A stretch of DNA of 64,000 bases from Paraspadella gotoi. Taxonomy: Eukaryota > Animalia > Chaetognatha. Shown here one piece after another: positions 1 through 12,531 of this stretch. A program made the translations under genes and the position numbers. Within the stretch, counting starts at the first letter, position 1, and every line of letters begins with the position of its first letter. The notes beneath the pieces are model-generated. The model was not told the origin of the DNA. It made no database searches and worked only from the letters and a program-made list of their open reading frames with translations. The DNA lies in NCBI GenBank assembly GCA_051294375.1, contig CM119266.1, forward strand, positions 15,403,859-15,467,858, in the 5' to 3' direction.

Positions 1-3000
1 AACGCCATCTACGGCGCCGTGAAAAACGCTCACGATAAGGTCGTCGCCGCGCTGTTCAAATGCGAAGGTGCGTGGATGAAGGAAAATGGCTCATGGACCC
101 ACATTGCACTAATACAATTTAGTCTTATTTTTTTTTTTATTTTAGGTATTGTTTCATCTGTCTCACGGATCGAATGTTAGATATTAGGCCGAGGTTTCCA
201 ACACAATCATTGTAAGCCCTGCGCTTGTCGTGAAGTTTGATATTATATCTGCTTAAGTTTATTACTTTTTCTTTCATTTAATATTTACTTAATTCATTCC
301 TAGGTTTCGACATCAACTCCGTGGACGCGGATGGCGACTCGATCCTTCATCTCGCGCTTCGACGTCGAGATCGAGTTGCCCCGGCGGCCGACGAGATCAA
401 TCAAGTCTTCGCTAGGGTCGGTTGGTCGGTTGGTCGGTTGGTCGGTTGGTCGGTTGGTCGGTTGGTCGGTTGGTCGGTTGGTCGGTTGGTCGGTTAGCCA
501 GTTGGTTGGTTGGTTGGTTGCTCGGTTAGTCTGTTATTCTCTCGGAATGACTTGTGATGGATTTTTTTTCTCTCTCCGTGCATATTCATGATAAAAAATG
601 TCATCAAAATATAAACTACTATGCACGAGAAAAATTTTCACCTTCTTAACGTCAATATTTTTAAAATCTATATTTCAACGGTCTTCAAAAGGTAACGCAT
701 AAATTCAAACTGAATAAAATTTCGTTTCTCTCGCATATTTTTCTTTTTCTTTCGAAATATAATTCCATTTCTTTCTTCTTCTTTTTTTTTGAAAACCTTC
801 TTTCCTTCGTCGCGCTACGTTCTTCTCGAATTCCGCTCGACGCTCGCAAATCTCCAGAGTTGTTTTTTTTTTTTTTTTTTTCATTTTATTCGCGAAATAA
901 TATTGAAGAAAAAATCTCCGCCGCCGCCGTCTGCGAAATTCTCGATCGTGTTCACGAGTCATAAAAACGGCGAAATTAACGCCTGGGCAAAATCCGGCAA
1001 TATTACTTACCCCCCCCCCCCACAAAAAAAAGAAAAGAAAAAAAAAAGAAACAAGAAATAATCTGTAGGGCATCGACCGGAGAATAATTTTCTTTTTAGT
1101 TCTTTTTTTTTTATTTCTTTATTTATTCCGCTGTAAGCCGCGCGAAATCCCAAGTATTGAATGGGGAAGGCCTATTAATTTTCCTCGCCCCAACACGCTT
1201 TTGCATCCTTCTCCGTTTAGCCAATGTTCCCCTCTCTCTTTTACTTTTTTTTTTCTATCTCTCTCCACCTCTCTCCCTTTCACTCACTATCCTCCTTTCT
1301 TTTCTTTTTTTTATCTTAGGCTAAAGCGCGAGCGGCCGAAGAGCGAGAGAGGAAGGAGGCGGAGGAAAGAAAGGAGAGGAAAGAGAAGGAAGAACGAGAG
1401 AAAGAAAAGAAAGAATCTAAAGAGGAGGAAGAAACCGTCGAGGAAGATGACGAAAAGAAAAGAGAGGAAAGGAAAGAGAAAAGAAAGAAAAAACCCGGGG
1501 TACCGACCGAAGTAGAAGACGCCGACGACGACGATAAAATCGACGAGAATCTCATCCCGGAAGAGAAGGTGGGACGCCTTTGTTTTTTTGGCCCCGAGGT
1601 TTTAGTTGTTTGTCTGTTTTGAGTTCTGCGGGGTTTTTTTTTTTCTCATTTCGTGCGTGTGCGTGCGATAGTGAGTGATATGCGTGCGAGATTTGTTGCG
1701 CGTGTCCGTACGTGTTTGTTTATTTTCTGTATTTTTTTTTTTTTGAGAAACGTGACCGAAAAAAAAGTTATACTTATACGAAAAAAAAAAGTTTTACTGT
1801 GTTTATCGGACGCAACCAAATTTGAAAGAGGAAACGAGCTCGGATTGTTATGCAGAGGAACCGTTACTGAGTTTATTTATGTCATAAAGTGGTTTCGCCA
1901 GCGGAGCCCGACGCAGGGTGAAAATTGCCTTTCTAGAAAATAAGAGAGAGAGAGATTATCTATTTCCTAATATCGTGACCACAACTTCCACCCCCATTAA
2001 CCACCATCTCCCAAGGAAGAGGACCAGCTCTTGGTGGAGTCGACCTCCGTTCTGGACGAGACCGACGCCCGCGACAACCGGCGTCTCTTTAACTGGACCG
2101 ACGGCGCCGAGAACGCCGAGCAACGCCTCGCCTTTATGCGTCGACTGATGGCGCTCGGCGCGCGTGCCGACATTCGCAACCGGAAAGGGTGGGTAGAGGA
2201 AACGCTTTACTCGCAATGATAAAAGTAAAAAGACAAAAAAGCGACCAGGTATTATGCCTCTGATCGAAATAAGATGCAAGAAAAATGCATGATTATTTAG
2301 TATATACTATACCTACGACTCATTTACAATTACTTTGCCTCAACTACTTAACTACTTACTATATATTTGTAATTCTTTTGGTACTCCAAACAGAGAGACA
2401 TGCGCGGACGTCGCGTTGCAATGCTGCAACTGGCCTTGCCTTCGCCTCGTGGCGTTGGCAGGATGTCCCCTTTCCGCCGATCATCATCGCGCGTTGATGC
2501 AAGTGGCGGCCAACGAAGATTGGTGGTGGGATGGTTGGCGACCTGACGCCAACGACGCTCTCCAGACGGCAAGGGCGGAAGCACACAAAGAGGTCTTCAG
2601 GTGAAAGAGGGAATGATTGAAAAATGAAAGAGCCACCAAAATAAAATTTATAACATGGTAAATCCGACCTTAAAACCGGCAAAACAATTTCAATTTGTTA
2701 TTGTTTTGTTTTGTTTGGTTTGGCGCTTTAATCCATTTAGTCATTTGTCTTTGTTTGTTATCCGACGTTGTTTTTGCCCTCCCATCCTTTTCAACCCCTC
2801 GTCCGCAGGTCAGTCCAGGAACTCCGCTTCCACTCTTCGTCTTTGAAGCAGCTTCTTAGAGTCTTCATCCGCCGCCGACTCGGGAACAACCTGCCCGTCA
2901 TCTGCCCGGCGATGTCAACGGCGAGCGTCGTTGTCTCCAACGGCAAAGTCAACGTCGTAACCCACTTTGACAACGACACCAACGGCAACACCACCTCCAA

Positions 3001-3070
3001 CGACCGCGGTTTAGATTCCTTGGGAGGAATTCCTTTTTATCTCCGAGATTATTTATTGATGAAGGCTTGA
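1..3070 (+). CDS. Ankyrin-repeat and SOCS-box (ASB-like) protein, 3' part of a spliced gene (5' end outside window)
   Basis: Phase-compatible GT-AG exons: 1-67, 304-416, 1320-1568, 2016-2188, 2394-2600, 2809-3070. Ankyrin-type segments ([59 protein letters not shown]) and a C-terminal SOCS box ([14 protein letters not shown]...[10 protein letters not shown]). Confidence 0.8.
417..528. repeat. (GGTCGGTT)n / (GGTT)n microsatellite at the start of an ASB intron
   Basis: Tandem 8-bp units visible directly after the splice donor at 417; explains spurious ORF 331..591. Confidence 0.95.
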
Positions 3071-4946
3071 TTTTTATTTTTGTTCCTTTCGCCGCTTGAT
3101 TTTTTATCATTATTTTTTTTTATGAATGAAGGCTTGGGTTTTATTCAATTTTTTTTCTCGGCTCAGTCCCGATGTTATTGTTTTCTTTGTTTCAATTTGT
3201 CGTTGTTAACTTGTTTATTATTGTTCAACGCTTCTTAATTGAAAGGTTTTGTGTTTTGTCACACGCGTTTATATTTTGATTTTTTTTTGTTTCTACAACT
3301 TTTTGTTTCCCAACGTTACACATTTCGCGACTTTATTCATAGGTCGCCATTCATAATACCCCGACCTGATCTCCGGTAAATTGCTTGCTTTCAGTCCAAA
3401 CTTGTTTTTTTCTGCCAGTATTATTATATGATTAAATAACAAGTTGAATTTAAAAAAATGTTTATTTTCTTCATTCGATAAAAGCTCGCAAATGTATATA
3501 TATATACTTTCTTCTAATCTTTCCCCGTGGAATAATTTACGCCAACTTTTTTTTTTATTTTTCATTGTTTCCAACTGAAAAAAAAAAGTTACTCTCGTCA
3601 CGCGTATCATGGGGCGTTGAGCGGTGGCCACCGGAAATCTATGGCCGCATAAACAAACAGAGGGGACAGAATGAGGGGAACCAAGAAGGAGGAGGAAGAG
3701 GAGGAGGAGGAGGAAGAAGAAGAGGAGGAGGAAACCGGGTGGCGTTTTGAACCGGAAGTAGAATAACGGTTGAGTGGGGAAGACGCAAGCATTCCTATTG
3801 CGCTTGGTTGATTTGTATGATTATCGACTGTCCACTAAATCGAAAATATAATTATAAATTAGATTCATAAAACACGATGTTCATATTGATACGTTGTACG
3901 TTTAACCATGTAACTTGTTCCCACGCGTACCAACGCGTATGTGTGAATTCGAAAGTCTTATTCATATAATTCTTAACATGCTAAACAGAAATCGCTGTTT
4001 GTACAAATGAATATTTATCGACACCTCACTGCACTTCCGGTCATCGTTTTCTTCATTCCGCGTGACGAGCGTCGTCGTTACAAAGACGAAGAATCCTCGA
4101 TTCGAACCCCACAGGCGTCGTTACGAAATGTAGTTCAGTTCGTTCGACATTGAGGAAGAAACTGTACTCTGACGTTGAGCGAGTTCCCTGTGAAAACAAA
4201 ATCACCAAGACAAAAGTAGTTTGAACAGCGTTGGTCTGAATTCGTGTTAAATAAGTTGTTTTAAGAAAATATTTAGTATGTAATTGGTCAAGTATTCCGA
4301 TGTGGAAAAATTCCAAACACTCTTGCAAATAAACCGATTTTTTTTTAATTTTAGAGTTACCGTTGGCACAATCACGATATTTAGAAAATATGGAAAAAAA
4401 ATTCAACCATGTGCGCTTGAATTAAAAAAAGGAAACTGCATTCAGTGTACTTTAAAGTTAGAATACTGCCGATTCAAACCAGTTGTTATTGTCATATTAG
4501 GACGATGCAGCTACCAGGTTTTCTCATCTTCCTTTGGTACGCCCACCTAGTTGTCCTACAATCCTTTATTTTCTTCCTACCTGCTGGCCCCGCCACGGCG
4601 CCCGCCCGCTCGTCCCGTATGCACGACACGTCGCCCCCGGATGTAATCGAGCGGAGGGTGAAAGCTTCGGGGTCAACGCAGACAGGATGCGAGGCGGGGT
4701 AAGACGTCGCCGAATGAAAGCCGTAGAATGAAGCAGAGAGAGAGAGAGATGGAGAGAGGGGAAGAGAGAGAGAGACAGAGGGAGAATGAGAGAGAAAGAC
4801 GAGAGGAGAAGAGGAGAGAGACCCGTGGAATGAGCGGGAAAGAGAAACGGAAAGGAATATTGAAGCTGAGAAGAAAAGAAAGGGAAGAATAGAAGGCGGG
4901 CGACAGAGGCGGAGCGAGAGAGAGAGACAGGAGAGGAGAGAGAGAG

Positions 4947-4982
<36 letters not shown>

Positions 4983-5260
4983 AGGGAAAGAAGGAAAGAA
5001 AGAAAAGAAAGGGAGATCTGCATGAAAACAGAATTAAGGTTAATATCGGAAATTGTTTCGCAATCATCGTCTCTCACGATCGCCCATTATTACGGATAAA
5101 GAAAAGGAGGAAAAACCGAAAAAAAAAGGAAAGGAAAGGAAACCGGAAGAGCAAAGAAAATAGAAAGAAAGGGGGAAAAAAAGGCAGGAAGGAAAAAAGA
5201 AAGATGTAGTCGGGCATTGCCTTAGTTTCACCCGTCCTATAAGCCATGACTCTTTCAGTT

Positions 5261-5860
5261 GTGACCCGGTGGCTCATTGAGTAAAGCCATCAAGCTCATG
5301 ACCACTAGGTACGGAGGTTCAATCCCAACCTGTACCTACCCTGCGGCGAAGAGTGAGGACGGCCGTAAGCCGCCTTGCGGCGTGGCAAACCCTCAAGCCT
5401 GGTGCCAAGCCCAGGGACCCGTTCCATGTCTGCTAGAGGGGTTATAAAGTTACGGATAGTCAATCTTTCTGCCCACTTAGCGCCTTATCCCACACAAAGG
5501 AGGGAAGAAACTTTCAAAAGGAAGGCATCAAGAAATAAGAGCTTGTGGCGAATCCTAAATTCGCTTCCCGTATAGCTTGGTGAATCTCAGCTCGTCCCAT
5601 TGGCTTGGACAGCTAAGTACTAACCGTGAGTTCCAGGTTGAGTCCCCTCACGGTCACGCTGGATGAAGTGTCATGATGTCGGCATAAACACGCCAGTGGC
5701 ATGGGGTGGTCACTGCAGATCCAATTCCTTGAGCGCCAGCTGTCGGGAGATGCCTCACACCCCGGGCATCACACAGTCTCCCCGTTGCCATAAGCTCGCA
5801 AATACAGTCGGCTTTAGGGTAGAATTAACGTTCTTGTAAGCTTATCTCTGGATTAAAGCT
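5261..5860 (+). mobile_element. tRNA-derived SINE-like or structured Pol III element (or structured 5' end of a non-LTR element)
   Basis: A-box-like TGGCTCATTGAG (~5270) and B-box GGTTCAATCCC (~5316) at tRNA-like spacing; second degenerate B-box GGTTGAGTCCC (~5636); several hairpins; balanced-GC complex sequence unlike the low-complexity flanks. Confidence 0.5.
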
Positions 5861-6798
5861 TTTTATAGGGCATTAATAAAAAGAGGGATTAATGGATTTG
5901 AAATGGGAAGACGGATCTTCCTTTCTCCGCGAATCAGCTGGAGATCGGGCGGAGACTGGAGAGGATCGTGGTAGGGACTGAGGTAAGTCACGAATTGAAG
6001 GTGAGGAGGGGAAAACGCTTTCGGAATCGGGATTTAGATTTGAGCGAGGGAGAGGATAAGTAAAATCGGGATATTTTGATAACCCGGGTTCTCCGAGGTA
6101 AACGCAAAGGACCAAGCTGCAGTTGTGCGGCGGATATATCGAACATGCGGATCGCTTATGGAACGAAGGGTTACCTGGAGTGAAACGTGAGGAGAATGAG
6201 ACTCGAGTATAAAAGGAAACGCTAGAGAGAGGACGAGGGAGAGAAGAGGTAAGGCTTAAGGGGCGCCGCTCATTAAAACCAGTTCGCGTCGAGAGAGAGA
6301 GAACAAACGCGGATGGAACTGATAGAGGAAACGCGAGTGCGATTTCAATGGGAGGAGGAAGATGGAAGAACTGGCGAACTGGAAAAAACAAGGGGAGTTC
6401 GTCCCGGGGAAGTAGGGAGCGAGGGGAAGAGGAAAGGAGTTGGAGTTTTCGCACCAGCGGCAGCCGTGGCGCCTCGTCGGTCGCCGCGGCAGCAGCGGAA
6501 AAAAGATCCGCCTCCGCCGCAGCCAAGTCGTTTCGCGCGCGAGGTCGGTTGCGCGCGCGCGTGCGTCGGAGAGAGAGAGTGAAAAGAGCCTGAGCGCGTG
6601 GCGGCGTGCGAACTGCGTGCGCGGGGAGTGGAAATTTCGTGCGCCGCGTTCGCGAACCAAAAACCTCGCAGCGAAACACTAGAGAGAAACACAGACCCAT
6701 AGTTCAACCTCGTCGCCCGCGAATGTCGACCAGTTTCTTTCTTGATTCTCTTTCTTTTTATTTCTTTTCTCGTAGGAGGATCTTCTTTCTTTTTTCCG

Positions 6799-6838
6799 TT
6801 CCATTTCCATTTATCTCGCTCTCTGTCTCTGTCTCTGT

Positions 6839-6887
<49 letters not shown>

Positions 6888-6917
6888 CTCTCTCCTCTCT
6901 CTTCTCTCTCTCCTCTC

Positions 6918-6948
<31 letters not shown>
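6799..6948. repeat. (CT)n microsatellite, representative of many (AG/CT)n tracts (e.g. 7328-7418, 8808-8898, 10544-10640, 14173-14262, 17128-17228, 24031-24165, 40554-40720, 46431-46545)
   Basis: Directly visible dinucleotide runs; they generate the poly-SL and poly-RE ORFs in the track. Confidence 0.97.
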
Positions 6949-7330
6949 GATAATACTTAAAACAAAAAAGCGGGAAAAAAATGGCGCCGGAGGATCAAAA
7001 GAGCGACGCCCACGTTTTCGCGTTCTCGTCTTTCTCGTCTCTTTGTCTCTTTCTCTTTCTTTCTCGTTTCTTTTTTTTCGAGGCACTTGAAAACTTCAGT
7101 ACTTCCTTTACTGAGACTTAAACAAAAAATAAAAGTAAAAACCGAGAAAAAACATTCGAACAAATTATCAAATAAAAACCAACGGAAAAAAAAATCCGGG
7201 GAAAATCTGTTTCGCGAGATTTGTTTCAACTCGTCCGACGATTACCGAGGCAACGTTGTCGAACTTAGTTTGGAAAAACGAGCCGCAGAGAGAGTTGATA
7301 GCTGTATGGTCGTTTGTGTGTGTGCGTGAG

Positions 7331-7422
<92 letters not shown>

Positions 7423-8805
7423 TTAATCTCAATTCCACCAGACGCGTTCGTCCTGCGCCGTTTTATAATTTTGATTTGTTCATCCCCGCTCAATTTTTTT
7501 CATCAATACAATGGAAAAGCCGTTGCTTTCTCGTTTATCATCTAAGGGCAAAACCATACATAGTTTCCTATAGTTTCTCATTCTTTAATTCGATGTCAAT
7601 GACAATGACATCCTTCCCTCGTTTTTTTTCATCCATCTACATTGATTCTAATTTTTCATTATTTTTTTTCAGATTTCAATACCAGAAATTCATCTTTGAG
7701 GTCAGCAGCTGGTTTCCTCGACTTAGTCACAGATTGTTAACAATTGCCAAGTTTGGCCCAAACTTTGGGTCATGATTTGTCGCTTTAATAAAACCCTTCT
7801 TCGTAAAAATCCGTAAAAGCACTGATCCGCTCTTGTAGTTTGTTCAAAAAAGTCTCAAAGAATATCTTATATTTTCTACATATATTTACATATTTCTTCG
7901 GTTGCGAAGGGCATTTTGCTTTTTATTTGGATCTATTGCTCATAACACTGGAACAGACGGACCAAATTCGCTCTCTCCCTTTCTCTCTCTTCCTTATCAT
8001 ATTTTGTTTGACAATTCGTCGTTTCCATTGGTCGATTGCCCTTTCGTTCATGTCGAGCCGGGGGCGCTCGCAAGTATTTCTTATATTGTCCGCGTTTACT
8101 GGTGCGATCGTAAATCGGTTTCAGCAGTCTGCTCGGAGCATTGAGCTTTATTTCTTTTTAATTTTTAACTCGCTCATGAGAAAGTTTTGCATTAGTTAAT
8201 ATCTTCCTTTGATTCCTATTTATTTTTAGATACTAATTCAGCTTTTAAGTTAATTTTTTATGTTGCTTAGTATGTCGCAGTGCAAGATAAAAGCTAAAAG
8301 CGAGTTTCACCCTACTTTTGCATGAATTTGTTCATCTCGGAGCCAACTCCTTCAGGTCGGCTGAAATCAATAATTATTTTTTTCGCCCCAGTGAAACTCC
8401 TTTTTGCGATAGGCATAGCGATATTGCGTACAGTGCACAACAATTTATATGACAAAATATGACACGATGAAAAATCATGTAACAATTCATAAATGAAATG
8501 TCGTTATTGGATTTGTTAATTTTGTCTCTCTTAATTTTTTCATACTTTTCCAGCATCTTTCTAGTACTACCTTTTTTCGTTTTTTATTCTGAAAAAAATG
8601 TAGCAACCTCGCACTCAATGATATACGTACGTTAGTCTATCGCTATGTAATATTCAGTCCAGTATAAAAATGTCGGCCATATTGAATACCAAAATGAAAG
8701 CCAAGAGCGAGAGTTAATCCTTCCTCCTCCGGAGAAAGCCATGATTAAACGCTAAACCCGTGGGAGTTTTTTTTTTTTTTTTGAGTAGAGAGAAAGAAGA
8801 GTAGA

Positions 8806-8902
<97 letters not shown>

Positions 8903-10551
8903 GAAGAAGACGATATTATGCGAGTCACTCAACGGTGAAGTAATATTGAAAGCAATCACTTTGAGAGGGAAAAAGGAAAGGGTGCGGAACTTGGCGAAAA
9001 ATTGCTTCTTCGCTCTTGACATTTACTGGTCCTGCCGGCAGTTGTTTATTCTCTTTTTTTTTATGGGTGCACCATTACGGAAATTATAAAAGGAACGGCC
9101 GCTTAAAAATATATTTCATACATTTCGAAATATTTAAATTTAGGTACTACGTTTTGAATCGTCGCCGCGTTACTTACGACGCCCATAAAAATATACAAAA
9201 CGCGCTTCGCTTCACTTAAAAGTTTTCGCTTCTCGAGCTTAACTCACTTGGCTTTCCTCACTTTTTAGCATCTTGTTTAAGCTTCGTGAAAATTTATCGG
9301 CTATTTTCTCCTCGCTCTTCAGGTAACGTTGGCCAAAGGTAAGTAGGTAGGTTTTTTTTAGAGCAAATGTCTTCGGGGACTCTCGAAAAAAAAAACCGTG
9401 AAGCCATCGCGGTTATGGTCCTCGTTTTCTTCGTTGTTATTTTTCGCTTCCGTTGTTGCGACGGCTGACGAGGAAACCCCTTGCTTCGGGACTCACCGTC
9501 TGGGGCAGAACTGAGGTTCGTAATCGGTTCAAACACTCTCGTGGTCGATTCTACATTCATCGGGATTCTTAAGAATTAATAAGGTCGATGACGAGAGCCG
9601 AGGGAAACTTAACTTACTTTTCCATTTTCCATTCCGTTTGCGATATATCTTGGCGTCTGAGACTCTCATTTTCCTTCCCGTATCCACCGCAGTCCGTCCT
9701 CAGCCTCATCTCAATGGTTGAGCGGGCTAGTTCATCTCGTCCCGGGCTTAAGCCCCGGTTATCCCGGTTCTGGCTTAAATGTGACGGGACCGGTTTAAAT
9801 ATGCTAGTTCCGAGTGTAGGTCACAATACCCCGTGCCCCTGGTATCACAGGGAATTCAATAGTTTCCATAACATCCACATTTCTGGCATTCGACCTCGCG
9901 GCTTCAAAGTCGATGAGAAGAAACGATCGCCGTCGCCAATTTACAATTAGGTCAAGAGTTTCGTGACTCCATCTCTTCCGCAGTTTTGTTCTTCCTCTCG
10001 AATTCTAACAACGCCTCCCGCGGAGCGCAGCCGCGCTCAAACTACGGACAGCGGAGCGCGTTTTTTTGGAAATGCTCCGCGCCGCTAAATCACCCCTCGT
10101 CGGGGGTCGAAACTTCTGGGGCGAAAACACAATTTTTTTTCCTAGAGAGAGAGAGAGAGACTCGTCCCGACTCGACCCGCGCGAGAGGCCGAAAAAATAA
10201 ACTCGCGCGCCTGGGCATCGCCTCTCGCTTTACAAGCTGCTTGACGCCGGACGCTTGTTCGTGATTACAGTCTATTCACGATATATGTTTGGATGAAGGA
10301 TTTTAATTTTTCAGAAAGAAAGATAAAAATTGAGAAAGAAAAAGAGTAAGAAACAGAGTGAAGGTTTTTGTTCATCAAAACAAATTAATTTATTCATGAG
10401 TTTGATATTTTTTGAAGCTGAAAAAATTGGAAAGAGCGATGAAGGTGAAGGCGCCGTTTATTTATCTGAAGAATAAAGATTCATTTTGGAGATTTTTTTA
10501 GCGAGGCCTGAGATTCCTTCCAGAGATATATATTTTAGGTGATTCTCTCTC

Positions 10552-10646
<95 letters not shown>

Positions 10647-10722
10647 TAAGCAACCTCAAACACGCTCACTTTCTCCACTTTTTCCGGTCTTCATTATGGG
10701 TCGTCCTCTCGTCGTCGTCTCT

Positions 10723-10755
<33 letters not shown>

Positions 10756-12494
10756 CTCCATTCGCTGACCTCGTTAAAAGAAACTCCCTTTTCTTGGTGC
10801 GGCCTTCACACTTTGCACAGTCGTCCTACATAGAATATCACACTCTCGTTTTTATGGGAAAAGAACAAAGAGAAAATCGATCGGAAGACAAATCGTCGAA
10901 TTCACAACAAACTCGAGGTCGCCGTAAACAATAATTCACGAGTCGGTGAAGACGGTCGTCTTCAAAAATGCTTTGCACTTTTTTTTTACTTTTTACAAAA
11001 ATGACATCTTTTAAATTTTAAAAATATTTCTAGTCGCTTTCTAGGAAAATCTTTTTACTACGATGATTACTCGATGAATATTTAGCGCAGCTTCGCGTAA
11101 ACTCCCCGTCAATCGATCCCCCCCTTCCCGCTGATTTTTAATTATCTCATTTTCATCTTTACTTTTGTTTTGCTGCGATCGTCACCTGCATTTTCTCACC
11201 GTCACATCCTTTTTCCGTTCCCTTCCCCCAGTCTTTTTATTTTCTTCATTCGATTTAAAAATGAAGTTCGAAATTTATTCGATTATAATTTTTTTTTCTC
11301 TAACTACGGCGGTTTTCAGAGTTTGAAATTTTTTTTATTTCGACAAAACAGTTTCTTCATTTTATTTCATGTTTGCGTCAATCCGCAAATATTTTTTTTT
11401 CCTAATTTTATTTCGCACTATTCGGTGAATCTTGTCTAGCCTCTCCAAGCGCTTCGGGTTACGACACCCCGATGTTGCACTCCGCGAACGACAATTCAAC
11501 ATTTATGTTTTGTTTTAGTATGAAACAATTCACTAAATAGACCTATTCTGCAATGTTTTGGAGAGTGTAGACTGGATTGTGGACAGTATCAAACTGTTCC
11601 GGGCATCACGCCGTCTTTGTCGCGAAAGAAATTTATGCCGGTCCCTCCTTTTAAAAATTATATCTGCTCTGATTACAAAAAACATGCCTTGAAAACTCTG
11701 GCAAGTTTTTCTCCTTTCGTTTTAATTCTCAATGTCTTTAAACAAGCAAACTGATAGAAGATTGACATTGAACTAAACAATTAATAAAATTTATATTAGT
11801 CCCATTACTTTATTTAATTATAACAAATGTAAGTGTTTTCAAAAACAGAGAACGACTCATAAACTGACGGACAGAAAGACATACAGACAGACATCGCTCA
11901 GACTGTTATCTCCATTACAAATCGTCGAATAACGAGAGATAGAGATCCCGAGAGATACCCAGTGAATCACCGAGACACAATTATCAAGTCGATGCATATA
12001 TCCGACTCGGGCTCGATATAATCAAATTAAAAGGGTTTTTTTTTCTCTCCCTCTTTTCGCAATCGAAAAAAAAAAAATAAAAAGACGGGGAAATTAATCA
12101 TTCGTCTCGGAAGGAAAGAGGCGCGTCTGTAGGAAGACGCAAGCAGGTGTAAATGTGGAAACAGATGCCACGACGCCTCAGGCGTTGGCCTCGAAAGCGC
12201 GCGCTCTTTCAACGAAACGGGTTGAATGATGGGAGAGCATTTGGTTGGTGATCAGAACAGAAATGTTGTTTGAATTTGAAGCGAAGGGAAGGAAAGGGCG
12301 TTGCCCGAAAGGAAAGTCACAAATATCATCGCGACATTGAAATTTGAAGTTGTATAATTAGGATGAATTCAATAAAGTTTGAAAGATATTTTACATTGCG
12401 AAAAATGTAGATTATCAAATTTAAACATAACTTATGTATTTGAGGGAGAGGGTCTTGCTTTCTAATATTTTTGATAAGTGACGATCAATGCTGA

Positions 12495-12531
<37 letters not shown>

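Noticed and set aside
5261-5340. Functional tRNA gene
   Set aside because: A and B boxes are present but no convincing acceptor stem or cloverleaf; treated as a SINE-like head.
7314-7775. Numerous long ORFs of poly-SL / poly-RE / poly-F/K (e.g. 7314..7775, 17384..17839, 40449..40847)
   Set aside because: They arise from (CT)n/(AG)n and poly-A/T tracts; no domain content.
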